Source: Candidatus Heimdallarchaeota archaeon
GTDB lineage: Archaea > Asgardarchaeota > Heimdallarchaeia > Heimdallarchaeales > Heimdallarchaeaceae
Assembly (NCBI GenBank): GCA_019057815.1
Contig: JAHLWR010000007.1
Location: 32,001 to 96,000, forward strand
Direction: 5' to 3'
Length of the DNA stretch: 64,000 bases
The position numbers and the translations under genes were made by a program. This document shows positions 53,252 through 62,773 of the stretch, in pieces. The stretch's first letter is position 1; every line of letters begins with the position of its first letter. The notes beneath the pieces were generated by a model that saw nothing but the letters and a program-made list of their open reading frames with translations, did no database searches and had not been told where the DNA came from.

Positions 53252-54145
53252 TCATTTCATTTTTATGATTATCTCATTTTTTGGAGGGGATACTTTTTTT
53301 GTTTTCATTACATATAGGCGTAAACGTTCGTAATCCTCTGGTAGATCCATGTCCATTCCAAAACCTGCATCTCTTATGATTATAGTTTTTACGACGCCAT
53401 TGAACAAAATAGATACTAGTTTTTCTCCACCTTTTAGTTTTAGTAGTCCTAGAAGATATTTAAGTATAATAGGCCAAACCCTCGGTTTCTTAAATATCAT
53501 TTTCATTATAACTGTTAATTCTCCTCCTCTTTTCCTTCTTTTAATTTTCTGCCTCCTCTCCCCTATTTCATCAATAATTTTTTTCCCTATTTCTATTCCA
53601 TATCGTGATAGACTAAAAAGCTCTCCTGGATACACATTGTAATCTCTAAATCTTGCAACTACTCTCTTAGCATCTGGAAATTCTTCTTCTGTTATATCCT
53701 CTGGAACTAAGGAAGCAACATAATCTGCTTTACCTATTTTAGTTAGCTTTTCGAAGAATTCATTAATACTCTCGACAGTTATACCTGGAGTATCTGAAGA
53801 ACTAATAATAAAAGTGTCAGCTTTTTTACCAAGAGAGTCAAAGTATTCTATTCCAGCTATGAGTTTATCTGCAAAATTTGCAAGAGTATCGACTGGAACA
53901 TGATGTACAGGGTAATCGAATTTTGCCATCTCCTCTGAAAGTCCTATAATGTAGATATCCTCAACATAAGGCGATTTATTGATCTCTTCAAGCTGCCAAT
54001 CAATTACTCTCTTCCCTAGAAATGGAAGAAGTGATTTAACCTCGTATTTATTATCAGGATCAAGTACTTCTAGTAGTTCCCTCTTTTTTTTGTCTCTACC
54101 GCACATCACAAAAACAGGATATTTTTTCACCATTTCGATTACCAA
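53252..54145 (-). CDS. MobA-like NTP-transferase family protein (paralog of 51454-52296)
   Basis: KYPVFVMCGRD, KSLLPFLGK, SSDTP, MDMDLPEDY. Confidence 0.75.
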   Translation of the reverse strand: MVIEMVKKYPVFVMCGRDKKKRELLEVLDPDNKYEVKSLLPFLGKRVIDWQLEEINKSPYVEDIYIIGLSEEMAKFDYPVHHVPVDTLANFADKLIAGIEYFDSLGKKADTFIISSSDTPGITVESINEFFEKLTKIGKADYVASLVPEDITEEEFPDAKRVVARFRDYNVYPGELFSLSRYGIEIGKKIIDEIGERRQKIKRRKRGGELTVIMKMIFKKPRVWPIILKYLLGLLKLKGGEKLVSILFNGVVKTIIIRDAGFGMDMDLPEDYERLRLYVMKTKKVSPPKNEIIIKMK

Positions 54146-54224
54146 GGTTGATTATGAGTTGTTATTTAAAAATGTTAGTCAAATCCTAACATATCCATCT
54201 TTACTAGATGAAGTGGAAAAAAGA

Positions 54225-54965
54225 TTACTCCTTTTTACCAACTGCAGCAAGATATATTACAAATTGGTTTTCACCATCGATTTCTAGTAATTCATTTAAT
54301 TCTTCATCATTAAAGGCAGCAATTGCACAGACACCACAATCAATATTTGCAGCCGCTAAATATAGGTTTTGACAGACATGACCTGCATCAATATGCAAAT
54401 ACCGATACCCTCTTTGTGAATATCGCCATGTCATTCTGTATGGGACAGCTGTCCAAATGAATGTTGTTGCTGAGTTTTTTATGAATTTTTGATTAAGTAC
54501 AGCAGTAACAACTTTATCAGCAATTTTTTTGTCTATATTAATCTCAATGAGCTTATGTTCAAATGCCAGAAATCTGTAAATACCGGTTTTTAGACCTTCA
54601 ACATTGTTTATTAATAAATAGGTTTCAAAGGCATGCCTAGCACCAGCAGAAGGGACATTTCTCATAGTTATTAAATTCTGATAAATTTCTCTTACACCTT
54701 GCGTGCTCCACAATAACCATGAGAGCTCTGAGAGTGTTATAGTCTCCTCTGAATATTTTCTCACACTTTTCCTTCCTTCAATGACTTCTCTCAAATTCAC
54801 ATCGCTAATTTTAATAGTATCAGGTTTTGGTAAGTCAATTATTCTTAAACTCTCATCATATTCGAGTTGATATGGAGGTTGAGGTAATCCCTTTCTTTGA
54901 TCAGGGGCTTCAAGAAACTTGTATTTAGTTTTAAACATGAACTCTTTGCCAATATAATTACTCAT
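54225..54965 (-). CDS. SagB/ThcOx-family nitroreductase-like oxidase
   Basis: RKSVRKYS, PSAGARH, RGYRY..IDAGH..QN. Confidence 0.88.
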   Translation of the reverse strand: MSNYIGKEFMFKTKYKFLEAPDQRKGLPQPPYQLEYDESLRIIDLPKPDTIKISDVNLREVIEGRKSVRKYSEETITLSELSWLLWSTQGVREIYQNLITMRNVPSAGARHAFETYLLINNVEGLKTGIYRFLAFEHKLIEINIDKKIADKVVTAVLNQKFIKNSATTFIWTAVPYRMTWRYSQRGYRYLHIDAGHVCQNLYLAAANIDCGVCAIAAFNDEELNELLEIDGENQFVIYLAAVGKKE

Positions 54966-55069
54966 GAGATTTCAACTTCAGTAATAAGATAATGCAGTTT
55001 TTTAATTATTTGAAATTTTCGTGTAAATATGATGTTTCTTACTAGCATAAACAATATTAATAAGAGCAA

Positions 55070-55660
55070 ATGATTGTTCTTATGCTTCCAAATTCTCTGA
55101 AGAAATCTCCCTACACAGGAGCAAAAATTAAACTTAGAGCACTAGAATTGAGTGATCTGTCATCTATTATGGAACATTGGAACACTTATGAGGTGAGAAT
55201 AGGTCTAGGGAAGTATATTCCTGAATCTAGTACTCAGAGAGAAGAATGGATAAAAACTCAAACACAGAAAGCTAGCAAAGGAGAGGGATATACTTTTGCA
55301 ATTGAAACATTGGAAACAAAGAACTTTCTTGGAACTTGTAGTTTAAATAAAGTAAATAATGTTAGCCAAACAGCTTTTCTTAGTGTAGTTATTCTTAATC
55401 CTGAAAATCATGGTAAAGGATATGGAACTGATGCTGTACGGTGCTTACTCGAAGTTGCTTTTAAGGTGTTAAATTTGCATAGAGTTGAACTACATGTTTA
55501 TTCGTTCATGAAAGAAGCGATTCATGTGTATGAGAAAGTAGGTTTCAAACATACAGGAGTTAGAAGAGAAGCTTCCTATATTGATGGCGAATATAGAGAC
55601 GACTTAGTTATGGACATCCTTAGAAGAGAGTATGAGGAAATTACGAAAAAAATGCTATGA
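55070..55660 (+). CDS. RimL/RimJ-type GNAT acetyltransferase
   Basis: GKGYGTDA, LNLHRVEL, YEKVGF. Confidence 0.85.
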   Translation: MIVLMLPNSLKKSPYTGAKIKLRALELSDLSSIMEHWNTYEVRIGLGKYIPESSTQREEWIKTQTQKASKGEGYTFAIETLETKNFLGTCSLNKVNNVSQTAFLSVVILNPENHGKGYGTDAVRCLLEVAFKVLNLHRVELHVYSFMKEAIHVYEKVGFKHTGVRREASYIDGEYRDDLVMDILRREYEEITKKML

Positions 55661-55673
55661 GAAGGATGGTAAA

Positions 55674-56075
55674 ATGACAGAACAGACTCATCTAAAGAAA
55701 ATGAATAATGATAAGACAATTATTTCTGTATTTTTGTTCTTTATTCTAACCTATGTAATTACATGGGGATGGGCTTTAATGATAATCTACTTGTTCTCCG
55801 ATATATACCAACTTTCGCGGTTATGATAGTTTCATAGGAATGCTATGCACAATATTTGTAGGAATACAATCTTTTGGTCCAGCATTCGCAGCTATCATTA
55901 TCACATCTTATTACGAGGGAAAAGAAGGTTTGAAGAAATTTGCTAAACGTCTGATAAAATTCAAGGTAAAATATTTATCACTGAAGAAGAAACTTTTTCT
56001 GATGAAATATCAGCAATTACCAACAATGAAGATACTGTTAGCGAGGATATCTTATTTAAGGAGCAAATAAGTTGA
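55674..56075 (+). pseudogene. CPBP/CAAX intramembrane protease pseudogene (frameshift plus apparent internal deletion)
   Basis: FFILTYVITW...FGPAFAAII...GKEGLKKF N-terminus split by a frameshift near 55810; no EE..R core; followed by an acidic tail in another frame. Confidence 0.6.
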
Positions 56076-56098
56076 CTTTTGAAATAGCAATAAATAAA

Positions 56099-56506
56099 TC
56101 ATTTATCGAAAAATTGTTCTCTTATAGGTTTAAAGTCTAGATATTTGTGATAAACTTGTTCCTTAAATTGAGCTAATAATCCCCTATTTTTACAAACTAT
56201 TTTTTTTCCTTTTAATATTGCATATTGAAATTGTATTGGAGAATCATTGACAATTTTCACGTCACATTCATAATTTACTACCTTTGTAAGTTCAATCGAA
56301 AGCTCTTTCTCTAACCCTTTGTCTATTTCCTGATTGCTATCGTCTTTTACAAAAATACCTATATCTATATCTCTGAAATAATTAGCATTGATAAAACTAC
56401 CATGAATATAAGCAAAGTTTATATTTCTATTTTCAGTAAGTAGATGACTTATAGCTGTTATTATTTCTGCTTTTTCATTATCTTCTAAACTATGAAAGGT
56501 TTGCAT
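56099..56506 (-). CDS. MntA-like minimal nucleotidyltransferase antitoxin
   Basis: AYIHGSF...RDIDIG; ATG at 56506 is adjacent to the HEPN stop. Confidence 0.85.
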   Translation of the reverse strand: MQTFHSLEDNEKAEIITAISHLLTENRNINFAYIHGSFINANYFRDIDIGIFVKDDSNQEIDKGLEKELSIELTKVVNYECDVKIVNDSPIQFQYAILKGKKIVCKNRGLLAQFKEQVYHKYLDFKPIREQFFDK

Positions 56507-56507
56507 A

Positions 56508-56948
56508 CTAATTCTCCAATAGTTGTTTAATATCTTTAATAAATTCAAGAATAAAAGAATGATCAATCTGCGCTATTTCGTATATTTTTTCATCGTCGAT
56601 TATCCAATATTGATGAATTAAGATATTTCTAAATTGTATCATTTTAACCATTTTTTCAATTAATGTATTTGAGGATATTCCTAGTTCTGCTAGTCTTCTG
56701 AAACAATCAGCATATGTTGAAGGAGGAGAAACTTCTGACCTTGAAATAATGTGATTGCATAAAGATACTAAACCTTCAATCAAAGAAAGTAACCTATATT
56801 TTAACGCATCTTTTCTAATATCATCTTTAAGAAATTCTTCAAAGGTTAAATTCTTCAAATAATCAATTTGGTTTATTCTTTGTTCAACATCTACAATTCG
56901 GTCTAACATAAAATCCTTATTGATCTCCTTCTTATCCAAATAGCTCAA
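56508..56948 (-). CDS. HepT/DUF86 HEPN RNase toxin
   Basis: FRNILIHQY (RX4HXY). Confidence 0.85.
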   Translation of the reverse strand: MSYLDKKEINKDFMLDRIVDVEQRINQIDYLKNLTFEEFLKDDIRKDALKYRLLSLIEGLVSLCNHIISRSEVSPPSTYADCFRRLAELGISSNTLIEKMVKMIQFRNILIHQYWIIDDEKIYEIAQIDHSFILEFIKDIKQLLEN

Positions 56949-58134
56949 CTCCTTGTTTTATTGATAGGTTCTTATCTTAAATAATTTTGCGCAATAATGT
57001 CCTTTAATCACGATTAGTTTACTCCTATATATAAAGTATAAAAATTCATACTAAGAAACTATAATCTGCTAAATCGATTAAATTGAAGATGTTCGAGATG
57101 TTCATAGAAATCTTTCCCAAGGACAACAAATGAGAGTCTATTAAATCAGTTCCTTATTTATTTTTCAATTGGGAGGTTGATTTTCTTATTTTATTCTTGT
57201 CATAATCAAAGAGCATCGTGTTTATTATTTTTCTTCATGACTCTTAATTTCTTTCGCTTCTTTCAAAAAAGTACAAAAAAAAAGGCGAAATAAACTATTT
57301 ATTTCGTTTTTTAATATAAATTGAAACTGTTCCTAGAAATGCTAACATTAAGGGTATTGCAATGAAACCTAAACTTCCTTCATCTGTTGGTGTTGGAGGT
57401 ATCAATTCTTTAGCTGTAGTAGCTATATATTCCACTAAATCTTTAGTTTTTCCATGAAAACCTTCTCCAAAAAAACCTTGATTGGTAAAAACAATTAATC
57501 CCATGTTAGCTTTAGTTAACATATAAGCAGCACCAATCCAATTTCCCCATGTTAATCCGTGATAACCTTTGTTTAAGGCATTATTGTTCCAACCAAGACC
57601 ATAATTTTTATCAACAGTGGTATGCATTAGTTGTATAGTGGATTCTTCTAGAATTCTTACTGTATCGTAAACTCCATTGTTCATATGAGCTATGAGGAAT
57701 TTAGATAAATCTACAACAGTAGATAGTATTCTTACAGAACCAGGCCCAGGATAATCTTTGAAACTCTGTTCTTCATTTACTCCAGAGGCTGAATTCCATA
57801 TATATTGTTTAGCTAGTTGACTAAGTGTGTAGTTTGTATAAGTGAATTCAGTATTAGTCATTCCTAAAGGAGTAAAAATATTGTTCTTAACGTATTGTTC
57901 ATATGGTTCGCCGGATATTAGTTCAACTAAGAAAGCTATTAAGTCATAATAAAGCCAAGAAAATATACGAACTGTTCCTGGTACAAGATACAACCATGAG
58001 TCAATAGTATAATCTAAACCGTTCTCATTAAACACTTCGTAGAGGAAATCTGGAAACGGATAAAGATCATTATAAAAAACTTCGTGCTGTTCATCGGATG
58101 ATCCTATCCCTGCTCGTTGAGAAAGTAAATCATG

Positions 58135-58483
58135 AGTTATTTTTCCCACTTTACCCACTTAAGGGTAGTGGTAAATAATTTTGAGGACTCTTCCCAACCC
58201 AAGAACGTACAAGGTAGCGTTGCATCAAGCAGTAGCGTATGGGAGCTTCAAGCTCTGGGATTACACCTCCAACACACAGTGTTAGCGGAGGTGAGGGGGG
58301 TCATCTCCTCCCCGGGACTCATTACTGAAGACAGTGTTATTGAGAACCTTAGGTTCTCACTCCAGCTCCGGGTGTAAGCAGATGACTCTGCTTTGTCTCT
58401 AGCCATTGGCTTAAGACAGTACTAATACTAGACTTTCCTATAAAAAGCTAACAGAAATATGGGGAAAATGGGGAAAAACAACC
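58135..58483. mobile_element. MITE-like non-autonomous element with ~25-bp imperfect TIRs and 3-bp TSD (ATG)
   Basis: atg[agttatttttcccactttacccact ... tatggggaaaatggggaaaaacaacc]atg; GC-rich interior with many hairpins. Confidence 0.85.
58183..58435 (+). ncRNA. Candidate structured RNA inside the MITE
   Basis: Hairpins cacctcc/ggaggtg, gagggg/ctcctc, tgagaacc/ggttctca, aagcaga/tctgctt, tgtct..agcc/ggct..agaca; mismatches are G-U on the + strand. Confidence 0.45.
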
Positions 58484-59062
58484 ATGTATTGTTATATCTA
58501 TGCTAGGATAGTAAGGATTCCTAAGTATCCAAGGTAGATGATCATTCACAGAATCGTTCATTTCAAATAGTCCGTCATCCATGAGCTGTAAAAGAGCTGT
58601 TGTAGCAACAACACCACTTATCATTGATATATAATAAACAATATCTGTCCCTGGTTGTTCACCATAACCTGTTGAATAATATTCTTCAGTTCCATTAATA
58701 GCACATAGAGCTAAGGATTCTACCTTAGCTGTATTCATAAGAACTTCAACTTGAGTATCAAATTCAGCATCGAATATATCTGTAGGAGCAATTGTAACTG
58801 CTTTAGAAGGTGAGAGTATTGTAGATAACATAAGGGTAGTCAAAATAAAACTGAAAAAGACAATTTTTCTTAAGTGTTTTTTCTTCATATTTTTCACCAT
58901 TAAATAATTTTTCACCATTAGATATTACGTGTTCTTTTCTAATGAAATATTGGACGAGTTCTTTTCGGGAGTATTTTGAGACCATTTCAAGATTATTTAT
59001 TCTATCACTCTCTCTCCTTTTTTTGAAAGTGCGACTTTTTGAGTAGAGAAAAAAGAAAGTAA

Positions 59063-59293
59063 CTACAGAGGACTTGAATTCAGAGGGTAAGGGTCAGAGT
59101 TCGAAGTTTCACCACTATAACTATCTAGTTCATATACACCAATTCCTGACCAATCTGACCAATAGTTGCCCTCTAAAGATATGTCATTATACCAGTTATT
59201 ATTTTGTCCCCAATCAAAAGCTTGAGAAGTATACTCAACATCTAAATCTTGCCAACTATTGTTGATGAAGGCATTATGAATATTAAGCAACAA
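59063..59293 (-). pseudogene. C-terminal remnant of a NosD-type beta-helix protein
   Basis: IHNAFINN...SQAFD.G.NN.W...EGNYWSDW...DPYPL with no N-terminal part. Confidence 0.7.
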
Positions 59294-59568
59294 AAGTATA
59301 AGAAAAATCAGTTGTGATTAATTCATGACATAAATGAAACAGTTCAAAATGTAATAAATAGGAATGGAGTAATGAGAAATAGAATAATCTATCTACAAAT
59401 CTCAACTATAAAATATTTTTACTCTTCAACTTTTTATTGTTCTAATTTCTTTCGGTAATTAAACAAACTTTATAGTAGCTAGATTCATTAATTTTATTCA
59501 CAGCAGACTTTAATTGAATCTACTTCAACGATTTGGAGAGAAAAAGGTAAATAGTATATTAATAATTT

Positions 59569-61158
59569 ATGTCTATGAACTTGGTCAGGAAAAAAATTTT
59601 TCTTGGTTTTGTGGCTCTAATACTTCTAAATTCAGTATTTAGTGTAAATAAATTACAAATATATGCTGAAAATCAATTATTATCAGTAGAACCAAATGTT
59701 ATAACTGGGGGAGAATATTTCGATGGATACAATCTATTTGTCCTTGAAAGAAGAGATTTATTAACTTATGAAACTGTTGATATGAACATCTATTTCTATG
59801 ATATGGAGGGAAAAGTTGTCATTCAGAAAGATATAGGTCAATATGGTTTTCATGATGTCGAATTTATCAACTCAACAACTTTACTTTATGGCACTTCAGA
59901 GAGTGCAGCTTTATGGAATATAGAAACTGATAAAATTGAGCTTCTGGGTTTCTATGGACATCACGATTATGAATATAATCCTGCAAATAACACTTATTTT
60001 ACATTGAAGGTTTATTTCCTTGATCTTGGAGAAGATGAACTTTATGCATATGATAGAATTGAAGAATATAATTCTACAGGAAGTTTAGTATGGTATACAA
60101 ATACTCATGATTTCATATCTCCTGACTGTTGGTGTCCTTTCAGAGATATAGATTATGGAGATAAAAGAGATTTAACACATTCTAACACGGTTATATATGA
60201 TGATCGAGAAGACGTCATCTATCTCAATTGCAGAAATACAAACACGTTCTATAAAATTGACCATAAAACCGGTGAAATGATTTGGTCTCTTGGTGAGTAT
60301 GGAAATTTCACTATGTATGATATTGATGGAATAGAGAAGGATATTTTATTCTATCATGGCCATTCCTTAGAGTTTGTAGATGATGATACTTTCATTTATT
60401 TTGATAATGATCAACATAATCAGACTAATGCAGTGAATAGACAAAGTAGAATGATAGAAATTACAATCGATGAAGAGAAATTAGTAGCCAACATTACTTG
60501 GGAATGGCGTTCATCCGAGGAATACCATTCTGCTTGGTGGGGAGATGCAGATAGATTACCAAATGGGAATCGTTTAGGAGCTTTTGGAACACTAGGTCAC
60601 AGTGGTACTACAGATATTGGTGCAAGGTTAGTTGAAGTAAATGACGAGGGTGAAATTGTTTGGGAGATGAATTTCGATAAAATAGGAGAAATAGGGCATG
60701 GAGTCTATCGAATGGAGAGAGTGAGATTCTCGCCTATTATCGGGGTTGAAGACACTTTATGGAGTAAATCAGGAGAAGAAGCCTCTATCCTTTTTCAGTC
60801 TTGGTATAATTTTAGGTACAAATATGATATGACAGGTAATTACATAATTGAATTAGATGGGCAAAAAATAGAAGAACAAGAATTTATTTTTGAGAGATAC
60901 TGGCAACCAAAGGATTTAGAGATCAATTTAGGATTCTTAGATGATGGAAAATATAATCTTACGATAACTGTTGAAGATGAGGGAAAGCATAAAACAGTCA
61001 AGGAAATTGAATTTGTAGTTTCAGAGGAAGATCCTACAATGACGGAACCTAATAATATTCCATTTTCCATATTTATAGTGACCACATTAATTCTAGGAAT
61101 TATAACAATATTCAGGAAAAATAGAAAAGGGAAACAGTATGGAGACAAAATTAGGTAA
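59569..61158 (+). CDS. Arylsulfotransferase (ASST)-like beta-propeller surface protein 1
   Basis: GHHDY, D.THSN, RN, FYHGH, FDN, WGDADRLPNGN; TM plus basic tail. Confidence 0.82.
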   Translation: MSMNLVRKKIFLGFVALILLNSVFSVNKLQIYAENQLLSVEPNVITGGEYFDGYNLFVLERRDLLTYETVDMNIYFYDMEGKVVIQKDIGQYGFHDVEFINSTTLLYGTSESAALWNIETDKIELLGFYGHHDYEYNPANNTYFTLKVYFLDLGEDELYAYDRIEEYNSTGSLVWYTNTHDFISPDCWCPFRDIDYGDKRDLTHSNTVIYDDREDVIYLNCRNTNTFYKIDHKTGEMIWSLGEYGNFTMYDIDGIEKDILFYHGHSLEFVDDDTFIYFDNDQHNQTNAVNRQSRMIEITIDEEKLVANITWEWRSSEEYHSAWWGDADRLPNGNRLGAFGTLGHSGTTDIGARLVEVNDEGEIVWEMNFDKIGEIGHGVYRMERVRFSPIIGVEDTLWSKSGEEASILFQSWYNFRYKYDMTGNYIIELDGQKIEEQEFIFERYWQPKDLEINLGFLDDGKYNLTITVEDEGKHKTVKEIEFVVSEEDPTMTEPNNIPFSIFIVTTLILGIITIFRKNRKGKQYGDKIR

Positions 61159-62761
61159 AATACTAGAGATTATCAAAGTAAACAAAAAGAAAGTTCTAGT
61201 TACATCTTTAATTGTCTCAATTATTCTAGCTACATTGATTTCTATCCTTGTAATATTTGTTGGAAATGAGGTCTGTACATTATTAATTATACCGGATGTA
61301 GAGAAACAAACTGGATATTTTGATGGTTACAATTTATATGTTGTAGAAAAAAGAAGCAAAATTGATTACAAGACTTTAAATCGTTCATTAATCATCTGCG
61401 ATATGAATGGTACTATAATTTTTAACAGAAATTTAAGCAGTGAATCAGCGTTAGCCAATTTCAATACAGAATTTATAAATTCAACAACATTGATTTTTGG
61501 TGACATAAATGGGGTCAATCTCTGGAATATAGAGACAGATGAAGTTGTTTCTCTAGGAATCTATGGACACCATGATTATGAATTTAATCCTGCTAATAAT
61601 ACTTATTTTACTTTTAGTACCTACTTTGTTGAAGATAATGGTACAGAGTATATCTTTGATAGAATTCAAGAATATAATTTGAATGCAGAAGTAGTTTGGA
61701 CACTCGATACAAGTGATTTTGTTTCAACTGATGATTGGTGCCCATATGAAGATAAAGAAGGTGACAGAGCTGATGTTACGCATTCTAACTCAATCATTTA
61801 CGATGATAGAGAGGATGTAATCTATATTAACATGAGAAATACTAACACTTTTTACAAAATTGACCACAAAACGGGTAATTTAATCTGGGCTTTAGGTGAA
61901 CATGGAAACTTCACTTTGTACGATATTAATGGTAAAGAGAAAGATATTCTGTTTTACCATGGGCATGCCTTAGAAATGATAGGACACAATTCTTTTATCT
62001 ATTTTGACAACGATGAACATAATCAGACAGATTATCAAAATCGTCGTTCTAGGATATTAGAAATTGAGATTGATGAAGATACCATGACTGCTTATACAAC
62101 TTGGGAATGGATCGCACCTTTGGAATATTTCTCTGCTTGGTGGGGGGATGCAGATAGACTCCCTAATTCTAATCGTTTGGGATGTTTCGGAACTATTGAT
62201 CATCCACAAACTGACATAGGAGCGAGATTAGTTGAAATTAATGGAACAGGTGATATTGTCTGGGAACTAAATTACAATAGAACTGGCGATTACAGTTATG
62301 GAATCTATCAAGTTGAAAGAATAAGATTCTCTCCTTTAATAGAAGTTATACCTTCAATAATCCATGATTTTGAGGAAACGGCATGTATAAACTGGAAAAC
62401 ATGGTATAATTTTCGAAATAAATATGATTTTAATGGGAATTATTCTGTGATACTTAATGGAAATGTAACAAATTCAAGTTTTTTCATTTTTGAACGTTTT
62501 TGGAACCCTACATATTTTGAAACAAATATAAGCCTTCTAGAAAAAGGAAACCACACATTAACAATTGTTGTTGAAGATGAAGGAGGACATCAAACTTCGC
62601 AAAATGTTAGCATAGCAATCATTACTACAATACCCAAGATTACGAAATTAATGGAAGACAGTAGTTCTCGACCTAAAATCATTTTTGCAATAACGTTAGT
62701 CTCACTTTCTAATGATAGAAAATTAAAACTTAGATTTTGGAAAAAATCTAAATATGGGTAA
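61139..62761 (+). CDS. Arylsulfotransferase-like protein 2
   Basis: Same motifs; overlaps gene 1. Confidence 0.82.
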   Translation: METKLGKILEIIKVNKKKVLVTSLIVSIILATLISILVIFVGNEVCTLLIIPDVEKQTGYFDGYNLYVVEKRSKIDYKTLNRSLIICDMNGTIIFNRNLSSESALANFNTEFINSTTLIFGDINGVNLWNIETDEVVSLGIYGHHDYEFNPANNTYFTFSTYFVEDNGTEYIFDRIQEYNLNAEVVWTLDTSDFVSTDDWCPYEDKEGDRADVTHSNSIIYDDREDVIYINMRNTNTFYKIDHKTGNLIWALGEHGNFTLYDINGKEKDILFYHGHALEMIGHNSFIYFDNDEHNQTDYQNRRSRILEIEIDEDTMTAYTTWEWIAPLEYFSAWWGDADRLPNSNRLGCFGTIDHPQTDIGARLVEINGTGDIVWELNYNRTGDYSYGIYQVERIRFSPLIEVIPSIIHDFEETACINWKTWYNFRNKYDFNGNYSVILNGNVTNSSFFIFERFWNPTYFETNISLLEKGNHTLTIVVEDEGGHQTSQNVSIAIITTIPKITKLMEDSSSRPKIIFAITLVSLSNDRKLKLRFWKKSKYG

Positions 62762-62773
62762 GAAAAGCTAAAA

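Larger units (their letters stand above)
57295..58918 (-). pseudogene. Beta-lactamase-like serine hydrolase fold surface protein, interrupted by a 349-bp insertion
   Basis: Removing 58135-58486 restores ...PSIDITIHDLLSQRAG... in frame (~423 aa); NIFTPLGM; TM plus basic tail; catalytic motifs degenerate. Confidence 0.85.

Noticed and set aside
54225-56075. SagB-like oxidase, GNAT and CAAX protease as a RiPP cluster
   Set aside because: No YcaO or precursor peptide; the CAAX gene is a pseudogene; stand-alone SagB-like genes are common in archaea
58325-58350. Hammerhead ribozyme core (CTGAAGA) in the MITE
   Set aside because: No correctly placed GAAA or stem I/III arrangement follows
58132-58377. 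81-aa ORF inside the MITE as a transposase
   Set aside because: No DDE, HUH or RuvC motifs; its ATG is the TSD itself
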